Origin: an uncultured bacterium
Lineage (GTDB): Bacteria > Bipolaricaulota > Bipolaricaulia > UBA7950 > UBA9294
Length of the DNA: 63,878 nucleotides
Direction: 5' to 3'
Assembly: GCA_913009415.1 (NCBI GenBank)
Contig: CAJVYM010000001.1
Span: forward strand, 1-63,878
The notes beneath the pieces are model-generated. The model saw only the letters and a list, made by a program, of their open reading frames with translations. It was not told the origin of the DNA and did no database searches. Position 1 is the stretch's first letter. Every line of letters starts with the position of its first letter. The translations under genes were made by a program, and so were the position numbers. Positions 56,518 to 63,878 of this stretch are shown here, in pieces.

Positions 56518-58171
56518 GAAGGGATTAATTGGCGGGTACCCCGCGTACATGCGGGAGTCGATCGAGAAGGTGGAGGCGACCAGGAGCAGGCGGCTGAAGG
56601 AAGGTCCACCGCCCCCGATGAGCCCGAAAGAGAGGGAAGCGATCCTGGAGCGCAACCACCCCGATTACAAGCCGGAAGGAAAGAGGAAACTGGCGCTCGG
56701 TCCATCGGCGGGAGAACCAGTTCCGCATGAAGTAGCTGACATCATCGAATCGCATTCGGTAATCGATCCGCGCGCCGTCGATCTGTCTAAGGTGGACTAC
56801 GACGTAGACGTCCTGGTGATCGGCGGAGGCGGGGCGGGAACCGTAGCGGCAATCTTCGCCCACGAGCAAGGGATCCCGGTCGACCGCATCCTGATCGTCA
56901 CTAAACTGCGCCACGGGGACTGCAACTCGATCATGGCCCAGGGCGGGATCCAGGCCGCCGATCGGCCGCAGGATTCACCGGCGATCCACTACCTGGATGT
57001 GATGGGCGGCGGACACTACGCCAACAAGCCGGAACTGGTGCGGGCATTGGTGAACGACGCGCCGGGGATCATCCGCTGGCACGAGGACATCGGAGTGATG
57101 TACGACAAGGTCGATGGCGAGTACGTAGAGGCGCACGGCGGTGGGACGTCGCGCATGCGTATGCACTCAGCCAAGGACTACACGGGAAAGGAGACGTTCA
57201 ACTCCATCCGCGATCAGGCACGCAACCTGGATATCCCGGTCCTCGAGTTCTTCCCGGCGGTGGAGTTGCTCCTCGATAAGCGTGGGCACGCTGCAGGGGC
57301 GGTGGTATACAACATTGAGACGGAGGAGTATCGCATCATCCGGGCCAAGGCGACCGTTCTTGCCACCGGCGGATTCGGACGCATTCACATCCAAGGGTTT
57401 CCCACCACTAACCATTACGGTGCGACCGCCGATGGCCTCGTCATGGCCTACCGCGCCGGGGCGAACATCATCGACATGGACTCGGTGCAGTACCACCCGA
57501 CTGGTGTTGCCTACCCGGCAGCGATCCTGGGCCAATTGGCCACGGAGAAGCTGCGCACCCAGGGGGCGATGCCGGTGAACGTGGATGGTGAGGCGTTCGT
57601 CTTCCCGCTCGAACCGCGCGACGTGGAGTCGTCGGCGATCATCGAGGAATGCTGGGTGAAGAACAACGGGATCGAGACGCCGAGTGGTCTGCGTGGGGTG
57701 TGGCTCGATACACCGATGATCGATCAGGTTCACGGCAAAGGGACGCTCAAGAAGGCACTGGCCGCGATGTGGACGATGTGGCACCGGCACGACATCGACA
57801 TCACCGTCGATCCGGCGCTGGTCTATCCGACGCTGCACTATCAGAACGGCGGTGTGGAGATCGACGCCAACGGCTACACCAAGGTTCCCGGGCTGTTCGC
57901 CGGTGGAGAGTGTGAGGGTGGAGTGCACGGTAAGAACCGGTTGATGGGTAACTCCCAGCTCGATTACAACGTGTTCGGTCGTCGCGCCGGGATTTCCGCC
58001 GGCAAGTGGGCGAAGAGCGCGAAGGTTGACGAATTGTCGCTTCAGCATGTGATCGACTATGAGAAGGAGCTGGAGAGAGCGGGGATCGATACCGATCGCA
58101 AGGCGCCGATCATCCTCCCCGACTACCGGCCACAGGCCGTGCGTGAGCACACCCTAGGGCATCTGCTATGA
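56501..58171 (+). CDS. Fumarate reductase/succinate dehydrogenase-type flavoprotein with an N-terminal extension of about 100 aa
   Basis: DVLVIGGGGAGTVAA, IMAQGGIQA (no His at the position used for covalent FAD), VQYHPTG, and GLFAGGECEGGVHGKNRLMGNS. The start is ambiguous (GTG 56501/56510). Confidence 0.8.
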   Translation: MREVSKKGLIGGYPAYMRESIEKVEATRSRRLKEGPPPPMSPKEREAILERNHPDYKPEGKRKLALGPSAGEPVPHEVADIIESHSVIDPRAVDLSKVDYDVDVLVIGGGGAGTVAAIFAHEQGIPVDRILIVTKLRHGDCNSIMAQGGIQAADRPQDSPAIHYLDVMGGGHYANKPELVRALVNDAPGIIRWHEDIGVMYDKVDGEYVEAHGGGTSRMRMHSAKDYTGKETFNSIRDQARNLDIPVLEFFPAVELLLDKRGHAAGAVVYNIETEEYRIIRAKATVLATGGFGRIHIQGFPTTNHYGATADGLVMAYRAGANIIDMDSVQYHPTGVAYPAAILGQLATEKLRTQGAMPVNVDGEAFVFPLEPRDVESSAIIEECWVKNNGIETPSGLRGVWLDTPMIDQVHGKGTLKKALAAMWTMWHRHDIDITVDPALVYPTLHYQNGGVEIDANGYTKVPGLFAGGECEGGVHGKNRLMGNSQLDYNVFGRRAGISAGKWAKSAKVDELSLQHVIDYEKELERAGIDTDRKAPIILPDYRPQAVREHTLGHLL

Positions 58172-58455
58172 AGGGTGAGACCGTGGAAAAGGAAAGCGTG
58201 GGCAAGCGCTGGAAGACGAAAAATGGATCGATCACCATCGTCGATGACCTGTGCAAGGAGTGCGGTCTGTGCATCGAATTCTGCCCGATCCAGGTCCTAG
58301 GAAGATCAGAGCACTTTAACGAGAAGGGGTATCACTATCCGGAGATGCTCGCACCGGAGAAGTGCGTAAACTGCGGATACTGCCAGCTTCTCTGCCCGGA
58401 TTTTGCTATCTGGAGCGAACGCGATGATAAACAGGAAGGTGAAAGGGATGAGTAA
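58168..58455 (+). CDS. korD: 2-oxoacid:ferredoxin oxidoreductase delta subunit (2x[4Fe-4S])
   Basis: CKECGLCIEFCP and CVNCGYCQLLCP. Confidence 0.85.
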   Translation: MKGETVEKESVGKRWKTKNGSITIVDDLCKECGLCIEFCPIQVLGRSEHFNEKGYHYPEMLAPEKCVNCGYCQLLCPDFAIWSERDDKQEGERDE

Positions 58456-59596
58456 GAAGGATATCCTTGCCGGGGAACATTTCCTGAACGGCGATGTCGC
58501 CTGCGCCGAGGGGGCGATAGCCGCCGGTTGTCGCCTGTTCGCCGGTTACCCGATCACCCCGCAATCGGAGATCACGGAGACGATGGCCTATCGCCTACCG
58601 AAGATCGGCGGCTATTTCCTTCAGATGGAGGACGAATTGGCATCGATCGCCGCCGTCCTCGGCGGGGCGTGGGGAGGGATGAAGGCGATGACCGCTACCT
58701 CCGGTCCCGGGTTCTCTCTGATGATGGAGAACCTCGGCCTGGGAATCATGACCGAGACTCCGTGCGTGATCGTCGATGTGCAGCGCGGTGGGCCGAGCAC
58801 CGGTCTTCCCACAGCGACATCTCAGGGTGACATGATGCAGGCGCGCTGGGGGACGCATGGTGACCACGAGATCATCGCCTACGCCCCCGCCTCGCCGCAG
58901 GAGATGTTCGATCAGACGGTGAAGGCGTTCAATCAATCGGAGCGCTTCCGCCAACCGGTACTGGTGATGGCCGATGAGGTGGTGGGGCACATGATGGAAC
59001 GGGTGATCATCGATCCCGACAAGATCGAGATCTACCCGAGGCGAAAACCGAGCGTCCCCTACGAGAAATTCCTCCCGTACAAAGGGGGGCCAGATATGGT
59101 ACCGGAGATGGCCTGTGCCGGCGAGGGATACCGGGTGCATGTAACGGGATTGACACACGATGAGCGCGGCTACCCCGACCTGTCGGTGGAGAGCCAGGAC
59201 AAATTGATGCACCGCCTGATAGGAAAGATCCGGGATAATGCCGATCAGATCATCGAAGTGGAGGAGGAGAACATCCATGGAGCGGACGTCGTCCTCGTCA
59301 CCTACGGGATCGCTGCGCGTACGGCTCTGCGCGCGATGGAACTAGCAGAGGAGAAGGGGATCAAGGTCGGGATGTTGCGCCTGATCACGGTGTGGCCGTT
59401 TCCACTAAAGGAGGTGCGCAAGATCGCCGGTGATGTGAAGGGATTGATCGTCCCGGAGCTGAACCTGGGGCAGATCGTGCGCGAAGTGGAAAGGGCCGCT
59501 GCCGGGCAGTGCCCGGTGCGCCTCGTCGGCCACGCCGGTGGGGGGTTGCATCGACCGGAAAACATCCTCAGTGCGATCGAGGAGGTGGCACGATGA
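58448..59596 (+). CDS. korA: 2-oxoacid:ferredoxin oxidoreductase alpha subunit
   Basis: FLNGDVACAEGAIAAGCRLFAGYPITPQSEI... Confidence 0.9.
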   Translation: MSKKDILAGEHFLNGDVACAEGAIAAGCRLFAGYPITPQSEITETMAYRLPKIGGYFLQMEDELASIAAVLGGAWGGMKAMTATSGPGFSLMMENLGLGIMTETPCVIVDVQRGGPSTGLPTATSQGDMMQARWGTHGDHEIIAYAPASPQEMFDQTVKAFNQSERFRQPVLVMADEVVGHMMERVIIDPDKIEIYPRRKPSVPYEKFLPYKGGPDMVPEMACAGEGYRVHVTGLTHDERGYPDLSVESQDKLMHRLIGKIRDNADQIIEVEEENIHGADVVLVTYGIAARTALRAMELAEEKGIKVGMLRLITVWPFPLKEVRKIAGDVKGLIVPELNLGQIVREVERAAAGQCPVRLVGHAGGGLHRPENILSAIEEVAR

Positions 59597-60477
59597 GACA
59601 CGTAGCGACCAAACCGGAACCGCAGATCGTGAAGGACGTGCACCATCCGCTGGAGCACTATTTTCGAAGCGAGCGCCTCCCGCACATCTGGTGCTCGGGG
59701 TGCGGTCTGGGGACAGCGATGTCCTGCCTGGCGGCGGCGTTTGGGCATCTCAAACTCGATGTAGATGATGTCTCCGTCGTCTCGGGGATCGGCTGTTCCG
59801 GCCGCCTCGCCGGCTACATGCGCCCTGACTCCTACCATACGACGCACGGACGCGCCCTCCCGTTCGCTACCGGACTGCGCGTGGCGCTGGAGAAGACCAA
59901 GCCAGGGCACAAGGTAGTGGTGTTCAGCGGGGACGGCGATCTGTTCTCCATTGGGGGGAACCACTTCATCCAAGCTGCTCGCCGCAACATCGACTTAAGT
60001 GTGTTCTACGTCAACAACTTTAATTACGGAATGACCGGAGGGCAGGTGGGACCGACGACACCGATGGGAGCGAAGGGAACGACGGCCCCGTACGGGATGT
60101 TCGAGCACCCGTTCAACCTTCCCTACCTCGCTGCATCGTCGGGGGCGCCGTACGTCGCACGCTGGACGACGCTACACGTGCATCGCCTGCAAAAGGCGAT
60201 GGAGGAAGCGATCCAGAAGAAGGGGTTCACCTTCGTCGAGATCATCGCCCCCTGTCCGACAAACTATGGCCGGAGAAACGGGCTTCCCACCGGGCTCGAT
60301 GAGATGCGCTACTACCGCGAGGAAGCGGTGATCGAGAACTTCGCCGATCCCAAGGATGCGGAGATCATACCCGGCAAACCGTTCATTGTCGGTACTTTTG
60401 TCGACGAAGATAAACCCGACTACCTGGAAATCTACCAGAAATTTGTAGCCGATCACTTCGAGGTGGCAGCAAAGTGA
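59593..60477 (+). CDS. korB: 2-oxoacid:ferredoxin oxidoreductase beta subunit (TPP-binding)
   Basis: WCSGCGLG...GIGCSGR...SGDGDLFSIGGNH. Confidence 0.9.
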   Translation: MRHVATKPEPQIVKDVHHPLEHYFRSERLPHIWCSGCGLGTAMSCLAAAFGHLKLDVDDVSVVSGIGCSGRLAGYMRPDSYHTTHGRALPFATGLRVALEKTKPGHKVVVFSGDGDLFSIGGNHFIQAARRNIDLSVFYVNNFNYGMTGGQVGPTTPMGAKGTTAPYGMFEHPFNLPYLAASSGAPYVARWTTLHVHRLQKAMEEAIQKKGFTFVEIIAPCPTNYGRRNGLPTGLDEMRYYREEAVIENFADPKDAEIIPGKPFIVGTFVDEDKPDYLEIYQKFVADHFEVAAK

Positions 60478-61334
60478 ACGATGAAGAGCTAATTCGGCAA
60501 CTGGTCGCTGCAATCCGCAAGGCGGAGACGGTCCTTGGAAAAGACGTCGTTCTCGCGCTGAAGGAGGCGAGCGAGGCCGAGAGCGGCACGGCGCGTGTAC
60601 AGTTGGAGACAATGCTTGAAAACGTCACTGCCGCGCGCGACGGATCAATCCCCATGTGTCAGGACACGGGGATTCAGACGTTTATCGTGCGCGTTGGCGC
60701 GAAGTACCCCGGGCTATCATCACTGCGGTCTCAGATCATCCAAGCGGTGCGCCGCGCGACGGTCGAGATCCCGCTTCGTCCAAACACAGTGCATCCGTTC
60801 ACCGGGGAGAACCCGGGCGACAACGTCGGAGAGCACGTCCCCTACATCAGCTGGGAGATCGTCGATGGCGATCGCTGCGTCATCGAACTCCTGCCCAAGG
60901 GCGGGGGGAGCGAGAACTGCGCCGCGCTGGGGATGCTCTCTCCCGGGGTGGGGATCAAGGGAGTGAAGCGATTCATCGTCGATCATGTAGTCGGCTGCGC
61001 GGGAAAGCCGTGCCCGCCAGGGATCGTCGGCGTGGGAATCGGCGGCGGCGCCGACCTGTGCCTCAAGCTAGCCAAGCTCTCCCTGCTGCGCCCAGTCGGT
61101 GCTCGCCACCCTGAAGAGAACGTTGCTTCGCTCGAGGTGGAGTTGCGCGACCTGATCAACGGTAGCGGCATCGGGCCGATGGGGATGGGCGGCAAGACGA
61201 CCTGCCTCGATGTGCACATCGAGTACGCACACCGGCACCCGGCATCGCTTCCGGTGGGGATCGTCTACCAGTGCTGGGCCGATCGGCGAGCCCGCGTGAC
61301 GATCGATGCCGGCGGGAAGATCGAGGTGATCTGA
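60474..61334 (+). CDS. Class I (Fe-S) fumarate hydratase, alpha/N-terminal subunit
   Basis: IPMCQDTGIQTF...LPKGGGSEN. Confidence 0.9.
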   Translation: MNDEELIRQLVAAIRKAETVLGKDVVLALKEASEAESGTARVQLETMLENVTAARDGSIPMCQDTGIQTFIVRVGAKYPGLSSLRSQIIQAVRRATVEIPLRPNTVHPFTGENPGDNVGEHVPYISWEIVDGDRCVIELLPKGGGSENCAALGMLSPGVGIKGVKRFIVDHVVGCAGKPCPPGIVGVGIGGGADLCLKLAKLSLLRPVGARHPEENVASLEVELRDLINGSGIGPMGMGGKTTCLDVHIEYAHRHPASLPVGIVYQCWADRRARVTIDAGGKIEVI

Positions 61335-61335
61335 T

Positions 61336-61926
61336 ATGAAACGGATACTACAAACTCCCATCTCCGAACAGGAGGCGCGCGACCTGCACGTGGGGGATGT
61401 GATATACATCACCGGGGCGATGTTTACCGCCCGCGACGAGGCGCACCTGAAGATGCTCGAGGAGGGGGAACCGTTCCCCGTCTCCGGCCTTGCCCTCTAT
61501 CACTGCGGCCCGGTGGTAAGAAAAGATACTGCCGGCTGGAAGATCGTCTCCGCTGGCCCGACGACGTCGGCGCGGATGGAGATCTTCGAAGACCGTTTCT
61601 TGGAGAGGTTTCCCGTGCGCGCCATCATCGGCAAGGGTGGAATGGGGGAGAAGACACTGGCCGCACTGCGTAAGGTGGGGGCCGTCTACACCCACTACAC
61701 CGGAGGAGCGGGGGCGCTCGCCGCGCAAGCGATCAGCGATATCACGGACGTTCATTGGCTCTCGGAACTGGGGATGCCGGAGGCAGTGTGGGTCCTCTCC
61801 GTCAAGGAGTTTGGCCCCTTGACCGTAACTATGGATGCCCACGGAGAGAGCCTGTACACTACTCTGGGTGAAACCGTACACGAGAACATGCAGGCGATAC
61901 ACGATCGGATCGAAAGGGGGGAGTGA
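61336..61926 (+). CDS. Class I fumarate hydratase, beta/C-terminal subunit
   Basis: GDVIYITGAMFTARDEAH...IIGKGGMG. Confidence 0.9.
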   Translation: MKRILQTPISEQEARDLHVGDVIYITGAMFTARDEAHLKMLEEGEPFPVSGLALYHCGPVVRKDTAGWKIVSAGPTTSARMEIFEDRFLERFPVRAIIGKGGMGEKTLAALRKVGAVYTHYTGGAGALAAQAISDITDVHWLSELGMPEAVWVLSVKEFGPLTVTMDAHGESLYTTLGETVHENMQAIHDRIERGE

Positions 61927-63284
61927 TGGGCGAGGAGAGACTTAGCGTAGAAGAGATGAAGCGCAGAGCGGAGATTCCAGCCAAGAAGGCACCGTCGTGG
62001 CACGCCTTCTACCGCGGGAAGATCGAGACGACGCTCAAGTGCGCGGTGAGTGAAGTGAGTGATTTTGGAATCTGGTACACCCCGGGCGTTGCTGCTCCGT
62101 GCAAGGAGATCGAGGCCGACCAGAGCAAGGTGTTCGACTACACCAACAAGGCGAACACCGTTGCCGTCGTCTCCGACGGCTCGCGCGTCCTTGGCCTGGG
62201 GAACATCGGCCCGCACGCGGGGCTCCCGGTGATGGAGGGGAAGGCGCTCCTGTTCAAGTACTTGGGCGGGGTGGGAGCGTTCCCGATCATGCTCGACACT
62301 CAGGATCCGGAGGAGATCATCCAGGCGGTGAAGTGGATCGCTCCCGGGTTCGGCGGCGTGAACCTGGAGGACTTCGCTAACCCCAAGTGCTTCTACATCC
62401 TCGACCGTCTGCGCAAGGAGCTCGACATCCCGGTCTGGCACGATGACCAGCAGGGGACGGCGTCGATCACCCTCGCCGGTGTAATCAATGCTCTCAAGGT
62501 CGTGGGCAAGGACATAAACAAGGTCACCTACTGCGTGATCGGGACCGGTGCGGCGAACATCGCCTTCGTGCGCATTCTCCTTTCTGCCGGTGTCCCCGAG
62601 GGGAACGTGATCATGGTCGACAGCAAGGGGATCCTCCATCCCGGCCGCGAAGACCTGGAGAAGAACCAGGACAAGAACCCGTACAAGTGGCACTACGCGC
62701 AGGTGACGAACGCCGAGCACCGCACCGGCGACATGACCGAGGCGATCGCGGGAAGCGACGTGTTGATCGCCGCATCTAAACCCGGGCCAGGGACGATCAA
62801 GCAAGAATGGCTGCGCGCGATGAACAAAGACGCCATAGCGTTCATCATGGCCAACCCCACCCCGGAGATCTGGCCATGGGAGGCCAAGGAAGCGGGAGTG
62901 CGCATCGTCGGCACGGGAAGATCGGACTTCTCAAACCAGGTGAACAACTCCATCGGCTTCCCGGGGATCTTCCGCGGAACGCTCGACGTGTTCGCCAAGA
63001 CGATCACCGACGAGATGGCGATCGCCGCCGCGTACGCCATCGCCGAGACGGCGGAGAAGAAGGGAATTAACGACAACTACATCGTCCCCACAATGATGGA
63101 GACAGAGGTGTTCGTAAACGAGGCGGTCGCTGTCGGAATGAAGGCGATCGAACAGGGGATCGCCCGCCGCATCCTCACCGCGGACGAACTGCGCCACGAG
63201 GCAGAGACGAAGATTCGCCACGCACAAGCGGAGACAAAGATCCTCATGGACGCCGGCCACATCGCCCCTCCGCCGCGTGATTAA
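61923..63284 (+). CDS. NAD(P)-dependent malic enzyme (short form)
   Basis: YTPGVAAPC...[16 protein letters not shown]...GVNLEDF...HDDQQGTA. Confidence 0.9.
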   Translation: MMGEERLSVEEMKRRAEIPAKKAPSWHAFYRGKIETTLKCAVSEVSDFGIWYTPGVAAPCKEIEADQSKVFDYTNKANTVAVVSDGSRVLGLGNIGPHAGLPVMEGKALLFKYLGGVGAFPIMLDTQDPEEIIQAVKWIAPGFGGVNLEDFANPKCFYILDRLRKELDIPVWHDDQQGTASITLAGVINALKVVGKDINKVTYCVIGTGAANIAFVRILLSAGVPEGNVIMVDSKGILHPGREDLEKNQDKNPYKWHYAQVTNAEHRTGDMTEAIAGSDVLIAASKPGPGTIKQEWLRAMNKDAIAFIMANPTPEIWPWEAKEAGVRIVGTGRSDFSNQVNNSIGFPGIFRGTLDVFAKTITDEMAIAAAYAIAETAEKKGINDNYIVPTMMETEVFVNEAVAVGMKAIEQGIARRILTADELRHEAETKIRHAQAETKILMDAGHIAPPPRD

Positions 63285-63312
63285 CCAAGACAGATTAAGT
63301 ACAAAGATCATA

Positions 63313-63341
63313 AAGCCGGCTCGCAGGCCGGCTTTCCTTTG
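63313..63341 (+). terminator. Rho-independent terminator closing the operon
   Basis: AAGCCGGC-tcgcag-GCCGGCTT followed by a T-rich tail. Confidence 0.7.
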
Positions 63342-63473
63342 TCATTGAGTCCTGATGTCTTGGGTCGTGCGAGCAATGGTGATTTTGCACAGGCAGTGAC
63401 AGTGCCGAAAAGCCCTTCTCCCTTGCTCGGTCTCAGCAATTGCGCTATAGTCAGACCGTGCGAGGAAGGGACG

Positions 63474-63696
63474 ATGATCAAACAGAATCGATCGTTTGAG
63501 ATAGCGGAGATCGCAAAACTCGGGGGAGGTGTTCCGCGGGTATCCCGGCATACGTGCAGTGTATCTGTTCGGGTCGGCGGCGTCCGGACATGCGCATCCG
63601 GATGGCGACATCGACCTCGCCGTCATCCCTGCCGATACTTCGGTAAAGCTTGGAATAAACTGCCCTGCCGCAAGCGGACGGGGTAGTTTATTATGA
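63474..63696 (+). pseudogene. MNT-type nucleotidyltransferase (antitoxin-like) remnant, frameshifted and truncated
   Basis: MIKQNRSFEIAEIAKL, then after a frame change at the G5 run 63522-63526, VFRGYPGIRAVYLFGSAASGHAHPDGDIDLAVIP. The ORF ends about 50 aa short of a typical family member. Confidence 0.5.
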
Positions 63697-63878
63697 AATA
63701 CGCAGATCATGACGCAAGATTCAAGAATCAAGGGCTGACCCTAAAAAACATGGTAACGTCCCAAAGGTGTCGGGCGCATTGGTCTTAAGTTGTAACAGTA
63801 CATTACCGAGCTTAGGATGATTTTGTAGAGTGTACCTCCATAACAAACCAAACAAGATACTCGATAAAGAATCATTCA

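Noticed and set aside
1-63878. CRISPR arrays, rRNA genes or intact transposases.
   Set aside because: I saw no regularly spaced direct repeats, no rRNA-like conserved strings and no transposase-like ORFs. The only recombinase signal is the intI remnant at the left edge.

Overview
This is a high-GC bacterial chromosomal window, probably from an uncultivated diderm with a toga-like envelope. It has three parts.

(1) 1-6.4 kb is an integron-like accessory region:
- a decayed IntI-type recombinase at the window edge
- an outward Pc-like promoter and an attI-like junction
- two clear attC hairpins plus one weaker one
- a second copy of the promoter/attI platform
- cassettes carrying an AlbA_2 protein, an AT-rich orphan ORF, small orphan proteins, hipBA and a DUF433/DUF5615 pair

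(2) 6.5-49 kb is mostly housekeeping:
- holB-ricT, hflX, murA, rho, rpiB, dinG, miaB, folD and rnhB
- metG, rplU-rpmA-obg-nadD, infC-rpmI-rplT, folBK, rng, tRNA-Val and sucCD

Several unusual items are embedded in this part:
- a single ORF fusing an LptF/G permease to an LptD-like protein
- an Omp-alpha/Omp-beta-like envelope locus
- an RNase HII carrying insertions that contain a small palindromic element
- an 830-bp hairpin-rich non-coding region
- a GlyQ/GlyS-like pair whose class II catalytic motifs look eroded

(3) 49.4-63.3 kb is one 15-gene same-strand run with overlapping or abutting stop/start codons. An hdrA-mvhD-mvhG-mvhA-like-hdrC-hdrB-frdB-frdA module is nested between korC and korDAB, and is followed by class I fumarase and malic enzyme. 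The MvhA-like large subunit appears to lack three of the four NiFe-ligating cysteines. I consider this Hdr/hydrogenase-like/fumarate-reductase module the best candidate for an undescribed system.

All functional calls come from reading motifs by eye; no searches were run. Three gene disruptions involve a homopolymer run (a fourth lesion sits at a CC doublet), so they may be sequencing artefacts.
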